A DNA stretch of 64,000 bases, from NCBI RefSeq assembly GCF_052425735.1, contig NC_135758.1, positions 1 through 64,000 of the forward strand, given 5' to 3'. Source of the DNA: Oculina patagonica (taxonomy: Eukaryota). A model generated the notes under the pieces. The model saw only the letters and a program-made list of their open reading frames with translations. It was not told the DNA's origin and made no database searches. Position 1 is the first letter of the stretch. Each line of letters begins with the position of its first letter. The position numbers and the translations under genes are program-made. Shown here piece after piece: positions 1-12,920 of the stretch.

Positions 1-526
1 TATCTTCAATGCTACATGTAGGACCTAGATGTAGATAGCTCCCCGTTTCAGATTTAAAAAAAAAAACATTTAGAAATATTATTTAAGTATTGACATTTTT
101 TGGTTTCAATGTTAAAGACCCATAAGTGGTTAGCCCTTTACTGTCCAAGAATGATCAGCCTCAAAATTTCACTTAGTCAATACAAACACATGAATGTCAA
201 GCAAATTCTTTCAACTAGACAAATGCATAGAGACCAATAAGTTGAGAATATATGTGTTGCTAATTTATGGGGTTAAGAGAGTTGAATTCAAGGAGCTTTG
301 TTAATTTCTAAATTTTTATGGTAAATAATTTATGCTGGGCTGTCACTGAGGGACAACTACCCTGGCTGTTATGAGATTGAACCATAAATACTTTGCTTGC
401 CATTCAAGTGATAAAAGGTGCAATAATACAATTACTGCTGATACATGGTAAAAAAGGTTTTCCCTTTGTTTTTTATTATATTTTCTTGAGTACCGGTAGA
501 TGTTTCTAAAGGCCTTTTTTTAATTG

Positions 527-820
527 CGGGCTTCCTTGTAGATTGTATCACAATCCATGTTTACTGGGATAGCTTTTCACCTATGAGATAATATTAAAAC
601 CTTATTCTACTAAGCTTATAACTATAACTTTTCCTAAAAGCAACTCTTTGTTAATAATCAATTTCTTACTTTGTCATTCTTTTAAAATACAAAAAAAAAA
701 CTACCTGACTCGGAAATAAAAATTTAAAAACAGTTTGCAAAATTGAAAATAATTCCTGATTTGGGATATTTCTTACGCTGAAAACTTGTCAACAGTATAG
801 CATTATTTGATGTAAAATAT

Positions 821-881
<61 letters not shown>

Positions 882-1640
882 CCTTTATTTGAGTGTCAAA
901 AACTAAAATAGCAATAATAAAACCACTAAATGGGGACACTTTAAAGTAAAAGAAAAATAACAAAATCGAAATATCCTAATAAATGTTAAAATTGGTTAAA
1001 CTATTTACAATATAAACAAGTTAAAATACAAGATAAAATATTTTCAATATATACAGATAAAATACAAGCTAAGAACTTACATTAAGAACTACATAGAATA
1101 CAATTAGCGCAGCGGGCTTCCTTGTAGATTGAATTTTAAAAGAATGACAAAGTAAGAAATTGATTATTAACAAAGAGTTGCTTTTAGGAAAAGTTATAGT
1201 TATAAAAAACAACTTAAAAGACAACTTCAGACAGTGATTAGAAACAAGTAAACAAAAGTTTTGGAAACATTGCATATTAAAAACCTTTCTTAAATCCAAC
1301 AGGCTTTCTCAGGAGATTTGTGAATATCTCCTTTGCTGTAATGATCCAAGCAAAGAACAGTTGCTTTAAAGAAGAAGAAATTGTCCTCACCATGCTGAAG
1401 TTTTATCAGGAGTTTTGTGAATATCTCCTTTGCTGTAATGATCCGAGCAAAGAACAGTTGCTTTAAAGATGAAGAAATTGTCCTCACCATGCTGAATTTT
1501 TATCAGATTACACGTTGGATTTATTCTTTGGATGTCCTTGTGAAACCGAAAAAAGTGATGATCCGTGAGAAGCTCCCTCGCCTTTTTTACAACCAAAAGT
1601 GGTCCAATATTTTCCTTACATCTTAGAAGATAACGAAGGA
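527..1640 (-). mobile_element. Rearranged, degenerate putative non-LTR retroelement 3' remnant
   Basis: 618-690 is the inverted copy of 1133-1204; 527-549 is repeated at 1112-1130; ~97-bp tandem duplication at 1319-1410/1416-1507. Family assignment is tentative. Confidence 0.4.
822..878. repeat. (TAA)n microsatellite
   Basis: About 19 perfect TAA units, next to an AT-rich putative LINE 3' end. Confidence 0.95.
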
Positions 1641-1719
1641 GCATTATTGGAATTGAAACTTACGCTCGTTTCCCCAAAAACGCGAAAAAAGACGAGCTAA
1701 TTGCCAAATCTCACTGTAA

Positions 1720-2284
1720 TGTGTCAGTCAATTCCAAGACCGCCCATCCCCCCCCCCCCCCCAGGCATACCCTGTGCATTTGACTTGAGGTTAACTGCAT
1801 ATGGTGGGGCATTTGACACAAAACTTCGCCCACCGGGTCGGGCATTTGACCATCGTAAAACATTAGTCAGTGGTCACATACTAAAGAGTTTTGTCCTGGT
1901 TTCATAATCCATTCACTCAGTACAACACAAATGTTAACAGAACACCTGTCATTTCACGATTCCACCTCTGTTTTGCTTGATAGCCTTTTGCCTTTTATTG
2001 CTGTGTTGATTCATTGTCACAAGAGATTTTATTCTAATGTTTGTTTAATATAGGTAAGCTTGAAAAAACGTTTTCAAGCTACATGGAGCAAAAGTAACAT
2101 CACCATTTTCTTTCTTTCCTCTTTAAAATCTGGAAAGTGTGAGGGGATTTGACCCTCTTTGAAGCCCTAACCGGTGGGGCATTTAACCATGTAAGCTGTC
2201 AGCATAGTGGGAAATTTGACCAAAATTATTTAAAAAAGGTGTTTGCCCGGGAGGCCACGGGCGGTTTTGGAATTGACTGATACA
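1720..2284. mobile_element. PIF/Harbinger-type MITE
   Basis: TIRs tgtgtcagtcaattcca / tggaattgactgataca flanked by a TAA duplication (1717-1719, 2285-2287). Confidence 0.75.
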
Positions 2285-2617
2285 TAACCTCTCTTCACGC
2301 TCAAACACGAGTCAACTCTATCCTCGCTTTCATGTCTGCACGGTTACTATTCCAATATGGTGTCGGGAAATGTAATCAAAAGCCCTCTGGGCTTAGTGTC
2401 TCGCAAGTGCACAAAGTTGTGCGCGCTCTTTCGTGATGAAATGAAACAGTTCATAATACAGAAATAAAATAATGCCATTTACACGATACTTGGCGATTTT
2501 CCCGGCAATTTTCAATCAATAAAAAATTTGACCTCAAATAACCAAAAATATACGTCTAAACCCTGCTGGATTAATTTATAATAAAGTTAATAAATATTTT
2601 TCAAATCAAGTTTGGAG

Positions 2618-4079
2618 TTAAAGTTTCGACAAATGTTTGGCTTCAGGACTGGTAATTCTGGTCGCTGCATTGTTGATGAGATAAGTAATATCTCTTGCAG
2701 CGCCCCAACATAATGTCATTCCCCATCTATAATGACCATAGTCGTGAAAAATGCTTGGCTCATAAGGATCTTGCTCAATTCGAATGCCATGTTTCCTTGC
2801 AGGGCGAATGCCAACAGTGACCTGGACATCACTGTTTTTTAGTACTTCAAGGCGTGGACAGAGTTCCTTGCACTGTCTCAGCATAGACTGGACATATGGA
2901 GCAGAAACAGTTAGATTAAGGTCACCTCGATTTGGCTGATAAAAAGAACCAAGCATCAACCTGTCTTCACCTGTATGTATGAAAAGGAAATGTTAGGAAC
3001 TAATTAAAATAGAATTTTTTTTAATTTAAATTATATGTTTTAAAATAGAGCTGCATTGTTATTGCTGTTGCTGTTTAGTGAAGCTCCCTGTAGTTGGCCG
3101 AGCTGTTTTAACTTTAAAAATCGTTAACGTCATATTTTACTACAAAATAAACGTTTCAATATGTTTCCAATGTCTGCAGGTATAAGAAGACTTCGCTGGA
3201 GAAGCGCCATTCCTGTTGTAATGAGCAGTTACGTTTGATAATAAATCAGGATCCTATGTGTACCTCTACAAAGGCTCTAGGGAAAAGATATGTAGTGCCG
3301 TGAATCTCCTGTCCTTTCTCGTCAAGACCAAAGCTAGTATGATCCCCTTCAACACAAAAGTCAATCTTGGGAAACAGACTGCCATCGTTTTGTACCATCA
3401 GGAGAGAACCTTTCAACAGAATGAAAAGATTACAGGCACTATAACGGCCCGGGGAGTATTCCCATAATAGTACTATACTCTATGGGGCGGCTCTGTCTGA
3501 AGGGGTAATTAAGTGAAACATTAAAAAAATGCAGTGACCCTTCTGTGGGTATGTGAAAAGGGTGCCATTTTCTATGGAAGGAATATAAACGGGTTGCCTT
3601 TTCGGGTACATGAAAGGCTAAGGGTTTGGAACTTGGGCAGAGCTTCCCAGTGAAAAACTATTTGTACCCCCTCTCCCCCCCCCCCTCAATATTATGGCGG
3701 GAAAAATGTAAGAACCCAGTAAGTTATGACTTTGTAGGGCTTAATGGTATCATGTAATTAACTTGGCAAGAGCAGCCTTGAGTGTGGAATTTGCACGTCA
3801 GTGAAAAATTAATCAAAATCAATCACAACAAGACCAATGGCAAATGAATTTATACTTTACGTGGAAAACGACTAAAGCACAAAAAGTGCTGGTGAAATGC
3901 ATTGCACATTACAAACCTCTTACAGGGTACATTCCTTGATCTCCTGCTAACTCTATGGAGCCCAACCCAGAACAGTTGACAATAAACTAAACACCATACG
4001 TCATCTTAAGTGCACCAGCTTGCTCTGTCAGCAATCCTCTGATGGCACCTTGTATGAAGTTTGCCCCTTTTCTTGTGCG
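2618..4079 (-). pseudogene. D-amino acid oxidase-like FAD oxidoreductase, last three exons, disabled and 5'-truncated
   Basis: Exons ~3917-4079 (YGV*FIVNCSGLGSIELAGDQGMYPVRG), 3264-~3409 (SLLMVQNDGSLFPKI...TYLFPR) and 2618-2970 (GEDRLMLGS...GIRPAR...HDYGHYRWGMTLCWGAA...SKL*). DAO motifs and a C-terminal PTS1 (SKL) are present. In-frame TAG near 3987-3989; 11-bp frameshifting insertion at the donor near 3264-3274; no N-terminal GxGxxG exon found. Confidence 0.8.
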
Positions 4080-5148
4080 CTGTCCACAAAAGCAATAAAT
4101 CAGTTATTAACTAATGTGAGCTCGATTGTAAACATATTGGTCAAGTTCTTTTTTTTTCGCATCTTTTAAAAGATCAAGCTGAAGGCAATTTATAATGCCT
4201 ATCAATTGTTAAAAAGAGGTGACATGTGGCTCATGTTAGTTCTAAAGTTCTAAACAAACTATAAATGAACATACATACACATCTAACTTGTTTCAACAAA
4301 AGGTGCCAGGCCGACTGAAAAAGAGGCTTGAAATTCACCAACAGCCACCCTCCCTCCCCCTGAAGTCCCCTGGCTAGACCAGGACCAGGGGGGCCGAGCA
4401 GAGTGCCTAGTCCAGCCCGGTGACAGCCAAGCTGCCACAGGGCTGCAGCTGCCTGACAGTCACAAGAAAATACTCATTAAAATACCATGACCTTGCTGTG
4501 TCTGGCTAGGTCTGGTGGAAATGACACAAAAACACCACTATGCCCACCCCCCTAGAAAGGCAGCAATTCAACCCCTGACCCTGGGCTCCCTAGTGCTGCT
4601 AGCCCTACTACGCAGCTACCCGGCACAACCTTCCAAGACGTTGCCCAGCCCCACCCCCCCCCCCCCCTCAATTTTTTATTGTGGGACTGGCTTAACGTCG
4701 GCCTTCAAGCACGGTTCGCGGAGTCCACCTTTTGTCAAATCAGTGTAGACATACATACTTTATTTGATATAGAGTAAATTAAAGGCAGCCAATAATATAA
4801 TAATGCCCATGCACAAGCCAAGTTATCAATCGTTTAAAGGAGGGTAATATGTCAGCATTTCAAGAAGCCAATCATATATGTCAGTAAGTTTGAAGGGCTC
4901 CTGGTTTGAAAGTATACTATACGTTCAGTGACTCGGTATCATCAGTTGTTTGACAGCTTTTAAAATGGACATCAAATTGAAATAATTTTCCTTAGGGAAA
5001 GGTTATAATTTATGATATTGGTCACATTTGGTGTTAACTCTCAGCTTTGGGTACCCCTCCCTGTTACGTTTTTCCATGGGAATCCGAGCGCACTGCCACC
5101 CCACCCTGCCCCCCTCCTCCTTGGGGCCCAGGTGATCAGTCCAACATC

Positions 5149-5460
5149 CATTCTCGTCCCCATAGCCCTTTCGTTTCTCTTAGCCGGCTGGGCCTTGGCA
5201 CGAGGAAACAAAGGGCTCTGGGGACACAGGATTTCCAGTCCTAGATTCTAGGACTTCCGGTCTTTATGTATGCAGTCATGACGTTTCGAAAGAATGTATG
5301 AGAGAGTCGTTACGTTTACGACTTCCATTTAGGAATTCTTTGTTCCAAACAGCCAATCAAAAAAATTCGAATTAATTCAAAAATCCTATGTCCCCAGAGC
5401 CCTCCGTTTTCTCGTGCCAAGCCGGCTAAGAGAAACGAAAGGGCTATGGGGACGAGAATG
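5149..5460. mobile_element. MITE with 9-bp TSD
   Basis: TIRs cattctcgtccccatagccctttcgtttctcttagccggc; TSD tccaacatc at 5140-5148 and 5461-5469. Confidence 0.85.
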
Positions 5461-5902
5461 TCCAACATCTGCAAAACGTTGCTAAGGGTATTATATAAAG
5501 TACAAACCTTTCTCCCTTATCAATAAAAAAGAATGTTGAAATCCTCTCATTTGCTTGTAACACTCCAGAGTAACTAAGTCTATCTGATAAAAAAAATAAT
5601 GGGTTTACCAAATGGTTGACTGTGAGAGATGCTAGTCTTTTACATCTTAGAGATAGGTTTTTATTTGGACAAAAACTTGAACTAAGAAAAAAAAATTTGG
5701 ACAAGAACTGATATTCCAACACATTCCAAAAAGGTTTGCGATAATTAACTCGCAGAGAAGTAAGAAAATTTTCATTTTCAAGTAAAGAATATTGGACTTC
5801 CTGAGTGGTGCTGTCATTTCACAAAGAGACGAAGTTTGTTTAGGAACTCGTACGAACATATCTACAAATTTGTCCGCGATTTTTGACAAGTAAGCCTTAT
5901 CC

Positions 5903-6363
5903 CGCCATACCCTGCGGAAAGAACCAAGCATCATCACTCGCCAGTCCCTGACTTGGAACCCCCAGGGAAAGAGAAGGAGAAGTCGCCCCAAAAACAGCTG
6001 GCGTCGCGACACGGAAGCAGAGCTAAACTTATGGGTTTCGCTTGGCAAGATGTTGTGCGGAAAGCCCAAGGTCGAGCTCGCTGGCGAGCTGTTGTCAATG
6101 GCCTATGCTCAACCTGGAGCGATGGGCCTAAGTAAGTAAGCCTTAGCCCGGCAATACCATACCCGGCCATACCCTGCGGAAAGAACCAAGCATCATCACT
6201 CGTCAGTCCCTGACTTGGAACCCCCAGGGAAAGAGAAGGAGAAGTCGCCCCAAAAACAGCTGGCGTCGCGACACGGAAGCAGAGCTAAAGTTATGGGTTT
6301 CGCTTGGCAAGATGTTGTCAATGGCCTATGCTCCACCTGGAGCGATGGGCCTAAGTAAGTAAG
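5903..6363 (+). mobile_element. Two tandem 5'-truncated RTE-clade LINE 3' ends
   Basis: Translates [34 protein letters not shown]...WRAVVNGLCS, typical of an RTE ORF C-terminus. Each copy ends in a (TAAG)n tail; copy 2 has an internal deletion. Confidence 0.85.
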
Positions 6364-7249
6364 CCTTAGCCCGGCAATACCCCGATTTACCAGGCACAAA
6401 CTACTTGAACGGAGAAAAGTCTTTATCAGTCCACTTCTGGAGGAGATTTACTAGATGATATGCGGCATCAAAGAAAGAAATTCAAAAAAATATCGAGATA
6501 AGTGTTTAAGACTCGCGGCAGGCGTTTGTATTGACAGAGGTGAGAAATTCTTTCGGTATCCTTTCATTCTTAAAAGTTGATCATTCTCATGTCATTCTTT
6601 ATGCTTGGGCTCTCGGCCCAAACATATAAAAAAGCAGCTGGGCTCAAATGGTAAAATGTTTTGCCGTTTCTAAAGTTTATCCTCGCAAAGATCTAGACTT
6701 GCCACAGTGAAGCGAGTTCGAGTCCGCAAAGCAACCCGGCCAGTGAGCGACCAGGTGAGGGACGGAGTCGCTAAAAACGAGCGACGTAAGTTGCGAGAGG
6801 TAGACCTTCATGAAGATGCTGCAGTCCCGTTCTTGAAATTAAATTTACGTGATCATTAATCTTTCCGAGTTTTTGCATAATTTTGCTTTGTTTTGTTTAT
6901 TCACTTGACTTTACTAAAACGTATGTTCGAGTATGTCCTCTTTCCACAGGGTGGTAGAGGGGGTTCTCAATCACGAATCACGTACATTTTTTGACCATTT
7001 CTCGAGTTAAGTTTTTGGGTATTCATCATTAAAGAAAATGAGCTTTAACTGATTAGTTAATTCGTGTCGCATTTACCTTTCAATAGCCAAGTAGCAAACT
7101 GATCTCTTATGCGAGTTTTCAGTGTAAAACAAGACCTAAAATGCATTAATTGAGCCAAAAGAACATGTCCTTATACAATGTCAGTCTTTGGCTTTAAGAT
7201 TCTTATCAATTTTGCTTTGATACCTTAAATTGATTTTTGATTACTTAAC

Positions 7250-8957
7250 GGATCCAGGAACTCCTGAAAAGGGGGGGGGGGGGTTGTACACTTTTAATAG
7301 GTTTCGACATTAAGTGCGTGGATAGCGTGCACCACAGGCGTGATCTCCTAGGGGGGTCCGGGGGCATGACCCCCCGGAAAAATTGTTCCGATTTTACCCT
7401 CTAAAACGCCACTTCCAGCATTTCTAAGACTCGAAAGGCGTTTGTGAAGGCATGAAGTAAAATCTGGAGGTTACCTTTTCAACAAGAAAACCAAAATGAA
7501 TAACGCATAAATTAAAAGTAGTAAAAACGATAGTTATAAGTCGTTTTATAATATGCCTTGTTAATCGAACAATGTACAAAGCCCTCGCATATCTCGTCTA
7601 CCTCGAATCTCTGAGAGTAATGCATAGCAATAACAACGAGATATGAGAAGCGCTCTTTAGACAGTTTCATGAGCGAAAAAGACCACTTAGCTTTCGCACT
7701 ACTGACTGGTAGGGTGCATACGATGAGGAGAAGACGATGGATGTTTGGAAAAGCATTCTCGTCACAGACATCAAGTGCTAGCAGAAGATTGCTTGGAATG
7801 CCATCTTCGGAAACTAAAGAAACGATTTACCCACCACTCACAGTGCCGTAGCAAGAATAAAATAAGTGGAGGGGGACGCGAGCGCCGGAGGCGCGGGCCG
7901 CTAGGGGGGATTTGGGACCCCCCTAGAAAATTTTGAAATCTAGAGGCTTGGAAATGCTATTTCCAGCATTCTCCAAGAGCTATTTGTGATTCACGCATAT
8001 CGCGAATTTTTTATTTCGTACACCGTCTCAGCAAACCAATGCACATTGAAGAGAGTATAACACTTGCAACGTCAATTACAAAATAGAAAACCGACTGTCT
8101 CTGTATCTTGAAACCAGCAAATGTTTTACCTTTCAGAGTCATCTTAGTAAGTTCGTAGTTATTAAACTGTCTGAGTTGCCTTAGAGGCAAACATAGACTT
8201 CATAGGCAGGTCATTTTTTGAAAATTTCCCAAACAGGTGCTTGCTCCGCTGGTTGTCCCCCACAAATAAATTGGCGACCGTCAATAACATCTGCCAATTC
8301 CTTGTGGACATGCAGAAGCATGCGGTGGTTGAGCCTGCCCTCTCCCTTGGTTGAACGCAGGTCAGTAGGTCTTGACTCGCTTTAAGGCGGAGAAGGAGCG
8401 CTCGCTGACGGCATTGGTAGCTGGCATGACAAGCATAAGCTTACCAAGGGTGCAAATCTCACTCAGTAGGAGTTTGCGAGCATTTCCGAGTGACTGAAAA
8501 AAGTCCAGCAGATCAGTGATGTCGAATCGGGAGGTGTCGTACCCCATTGCCTGCACTATTTCTGGAAGCAGGGCTGGGCTTCTAGCTTGTACTGCTGCAG
8601 GTCAGTATCCACGTACACGGCCATAAAAGTTTTATTTGCAACCTTTTATATCTTTATACAGGTCTGATTTTATTTGGGAAAAAAAACTGAAGGGCACGGC
8701 ACTGACTCAGTTTTCAAGATAGAGGCACTTTGTTAAAGAATTGCTCGAAAACCGATGGTATTCTAGTTGTTGCTCATATTGAACTGTCGCGAAATATACC
8801 CTATCCTTTCTTAACTTGACAATCAGTCAATTATTAGTGGAAGTGACACAACTACGTATGAAACAATTTTGTTCTATTACTTTTATGAAGAGCCAAACAA
8901 ATAAAACAAATGCTGCTCAAAGGGGTGGTTGCAGCCCCCTCCCTGGATCCGCCTCTG
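7250..8957 (-). mobile_element. Degenerate hAT DNA transposon with a hATC dimerisation-domain remnant
   Basis: Ends cggatccagg... / ...tggatccgcctctg. 8230-8600 (-) encodes LMLVMPATNAVSERSFSALKRVKTY, continuing after a frameshift as LRSTKGEGRLNH. Confidence 0.8.
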
Positions 8958-9634
8958 GGTTCGTTTTACGCAGTTTTCGCTGTGGGACATTTCAATTTTG
9001 CCGAACCCCAAGGTAAGATCAAGACCAACCTAGACCTTTAGAACTTAGGGAATGGATATGAGAAGCCGCATGCCAAGTTTCATCACTTTATCTCGAAGCA
9101 AAGGCCGTCAAACCCGACAAGAAGTACGGCTAGCTAGTCACACCTACTCAAACAAAATCGGGCTCGTTTTATGCAGTTTTCGCTGTGGGACATTTCACAA
9201 GGTAAAATCAAGACAAACCTAATCATAACGTGGCAATCAAGACAAATTTCACAAGGTAAAATCAAGACAAACCTAGACCTGTAAAACTTAGGGAATGGAT
9301 ATGAGAAGCAGCATGCCAAGTTTCATCACTTTATTTTCACGCAAAGGCCGTCAAACCCGACCAGAAGTACGACAAACACTAGCATGATGGACTAGTTTTT
9401 TCAATTTTTTAAACTTTACATTTCCTTCAATTCAAGGCCGCCTCCGAAGTTGTTTTGACAGCTTTGCGCAAACTATATACAAGGATTTAAGAGATTTAGA
9501 ATTTTTGGGATATATTTAGACTAATTTTGACGAATTGGGAAGATAATAGGCCATTTTCATAAATTGCTGTCTCTTCCGCAAGTTACATTTTTACTTCCGG
9601 TTTTAGGATGGTATTTCACTTCCGTGACCCTTAA

Positions 9635-11420
9635 GGTGGCTCGATCGGATTTTTGAGTGACGATACCTTTCAACTTTGAGCAACTTGTATGTCACCGTAA
9701 ACAATCCGACTGAAAATCGATCAGTACAGCTGTACTAAAGAAAGATGAAAGTTTCGAATGAGATAAGTTTCATCGAAATCGGAGTAACTATAGCAACATA
9801 ATGACGTCACCACCTATTTTACACGAGACCGATTTTCTTCTAATAGAGGGATAATTTTGAAAAAGGGCTTCTAGATCTTGGACTTGACATAGTTTTCTCA
9901 AGGTCTGCAAAGTTTGAAGAATTTTTATGAGAGCGTTTTCGAGAAAATTTTGGATGAAGTTTTCAAGTGCTAAAATACAACAAAAACAAAGCAGTCTTAA
10001 AACATTATTGAGAAAACGTTCACAAGGCCCGATCAAGTAACATTTTGGCCTTAAGTGAATCTTGTACTATCTAATTACCTTGGGAGAAAATCTCAGAGAA
10101 ATCGTTTCATTTGATTTCTTGAAACATCGGCTTGAATATCAACTGGTATGAAGTGTTATTGCGCTCTTTTATCGAAAAAGGGCCTTCGCTTACTAAAATG
10201 ATCGGAAAATAAAAAGCGCTCGATAGAATTTTTTTAAATTCGGCAGTCAAAGAGAAGAATATATATGTAATGAAATGTCCGACTTTCAAAATAATTGAAA
10301 CATTCTAAGGCAGTTAATTTAAAGCCTTAACTCAGGTAAACATTGCGCTGTTTTTCACCCTACATCGGATTGCTGCCTCATTATAAGTCTCTATTGTGTC
10401 GTGCCCCGTGCATTTGTAAATTTTAGCACATCTTGAATATGTATAACAACTGCTTGTTTTCCGAAAACTGCACAGAAACAAGCTAATTTAACAAGCCAAA
10501 ATACACTAACAACGAGGAATATGCTAGTAAAGCACTTGTATTATCTTCAGTCTCCTAACCAGTTTCAAGGCCAAGGCAAAATTGTCACAGAAATCTCCAG
10601 TAATAAATAATTAGTAATTCATGATCTACTGGAATTTACAAATGCACGCGGCTTGAGACAATAGAGACAGATAATTAGGCAGCGATCCGATGTAGGGTGA
10701 AAAACAGCGCAATGTTTACCTGAGTTAAGGCTTTAAATTAACTGCCTTAGAATGTTTCAATTATTTTGAAAATCGGACATTTCATTACATATATATTCTT
10801 CTTTTTGACTGCCGAGTTTAAAAAAATTCTATCGAGCGCTTTTTATTTTCCGATCATTTTAGTAAGCGAAGGCCCTTTTTCGATAAAAGAGCGCAATAAC
10901 ACTTCATACCAGTTGATATTCAAGCCGATGTTTCAAGAAATCAAATGAAACGATTTCTCTGAGATTTTCTCCCAAGGTAATTAGATAGTACAAGATTCAC
11001 TTAAGGCCAAAATGTTACTTGATCGGGCCTTGTGAACGTTTTCTCAATAATGTTTTAAGACTGCTTTGTTTTCGTTGTATTTTAGCACTTGAAAACTTCA
11101 TCCAAAATTTTCTCGAAAACGCTCTCATAGAAATTCTTCAAACTTCGCAGACCTTGAGAAAACTATGTCAAGTCCAAGGTCTAGAAGCCTTTTTTCAAAA
11201 TTATCCCTCTATTAGAAGAAAATCGGTCTCGTGTAAAATGGGTGGTGACGTCATTATGTTGCTATGGTTACTCCGATTTCGACGAAACGTATCTCATTCG
11301 AAACTTTCATCTTTCTTTAGTACAGCTGTATTGATCGATTTTCAGTTGGATTGTTTACGGTGACATACAAGTTGCTCAAAGTTGAAAGGTATTGTCACTA
11401 AAAAATCCGATCGAGCCACC
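9635..11420. mobile_element. Non-autonomous foldback DNA transposon, TTAA TSD, GG...CC termini (Kolobok-like)
   Basis: ~750-bp inverted arms; TTAA at 9631-9634 and 11421-11424; empty site with a single TTAA at 13724-13727 in the duplicate copy. Confidence 0.9.
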
Positions 11421-11442
11421 TTAACTGGCAGAAAGGTTCTGC

Positions 11443-11624
11443 CATTCGCTGTTTTCACCGTTCCCATAATACATCTTGTTTACCCCCTAAAATTTGTGCA
11501 GAATCATTGTTTTCAAATTCTCTTTATGACGTACAATCGTCCCAAAAGAAATTGAAAACAATGCTTATGCAAAAAATTTGGGGGTAAACAAGATGTATTA
11601 TGGGATTGTGAAAAAAAGCGAATG
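11443..11624. mobile_element. Short palindromic MITE (second copy ~13746-13926)
   Basis: cattcgc...cccataatacatcttgtttacccc / ggggtaaacaagatgtattatggga...gcgaatg. Confidence 0.7.
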
Positions 11625-12191
11625 AAAGCTGAGAGTTTCACCCCTTGTCACTATATACCACTCGTATAGTGTGATCGGATGTCGTCCCGGGAATTAAAAT
11701 TTCTGACCGTCCCAGACCCCACACCTTTTTCGATTCCAGACCTCCAACCTGCTAGACCGAGTATTACAAAATTCAAAATGGCCACTATAAAGGTAAAAAC
11801 GCGACACTCGAAAGCAAGATTTTTTTATTTATTGTCATAGCTGACTGTACACACTTATTGTAAGCAAAATCACGCCTTTTTGGCTAACATTACTTGCAAA
11901 AACCTCCCAACGATTTTAATGTCGGACAGTAGAAGTTTCCGAAATAAAACTGTCCGGAATTTTAAGCGTCTGAATTTTTTACAGTAATACTTAAAAGTAC
12001 GTACTTTCTTGGGCGACGCAATTAGAACTAGAACTCGGAGTAGGCTTTATCAATTCTTTTTATCATGTTCTCTTTTAGGTTTTTAGCCTATTTGCTTTCA
12101 GCTTTCGTCGTTTTACAAACTTGTCCTCCCAGGCTCATTTAACAATCTTCCGATTTTATAACGATGTCACTTGCAGAGAAAAGTAGGACTA

Positions 12192-12536
12192 CCGTTATGA
12201 TTCGATTTAGCGCCCGGGGCGCTAATTTACTTTTGACACCTCGAGGGAGGGCGATTATTCGAGACAGGGCGCTTATTTAATTTTTTGAAAAAAACAACCA
12301 AATGTATCTAACAATAACAGAAACTGTAACAATTAGAAATTGTTAAAAGTTCAGTTATTTTTAAAATAATTGTTCATTTTAGCAGTAAATATATACATGA
12401 ACTGTACGGTGAACGGTCAGGAGTTCATCTATCCACAATAGGGGCACTTATTAGAATAGGGGTGCTTATAAGAATGGGACGCTTATTAGAATGGGGGCGC
12501 TTATTGGAAGGAGGGCGCTAAATCGAATCATTACAG
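12192..12536. mobile_element. Tc1/mariner-type MITE with TA TSD (second copy ~14494-14838)
   Basis: ta-ccgttatgattcgatttagcgccc ... gggcgctaaatcgaatcattacag-ta, with internal gggcgcttatt repeats. Confidence 0.75.
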
Positions 12537-12643
12537 TAATCAACCTACCTTGCAGATAACTGTTTTTCTTCTCATTTCCTCTTACCCCGAACTCTTTCTA
12601 ATAAATAGTATTTTGTCCTAGATTGACTTATAGGTAAATTCTA

Positions 12644-12920
12644 CGGTGTACGATGAGTATCATGCGTTAAAATCTTGAAAAGTTACATGAAATCTTGAAA
12701 AAATACATAAAATCTTGAAAAGTTACATGATATCTTGAAAAAATACATTAAATCTTGAAAAGTGACATGAAATCTTGAAAAACACGAAAAATCTTGAAAA
12801 CAAAGTGAAAAATCTTGAAAAACGCGAAAAAATTTTGGAAAACGCGAAAAAATCTTGAAAACGCGAAAAAAATCTTGAAAAACGCGAAAAATCTTGAAAA
12901 ACACGAAAAATCTTGAAAAA
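12644..12920. repeat. Truncated left arm of the minisatellite foldback element (AAATCTTGAAAA arrays)
   Basis: Same terminus (cggtgtacgatgagtatcatgcg) and ~20-bp repeats as 14946 onward; ends at the duplication junction. Confidence 0.85.

Noticed and set aside
3160-3215. Extra DAO micro-exon that could rescue the frame
   Set aside because: No DAO similarity and an in-frame stop; the 11-bp insertion explains the phase mismatch more simply.
9460-9471. agctttgcgca matching the U4 snRNA 5' end
   Set aside because: The match stops after 11 nt and no further U4 sequence follows.
9788-11363. Mirror-image ORF pairs (also 17114/17981 and 30596/30610)
   Set aside because: By-products of palindromic elements; no recognisable protein motifs.
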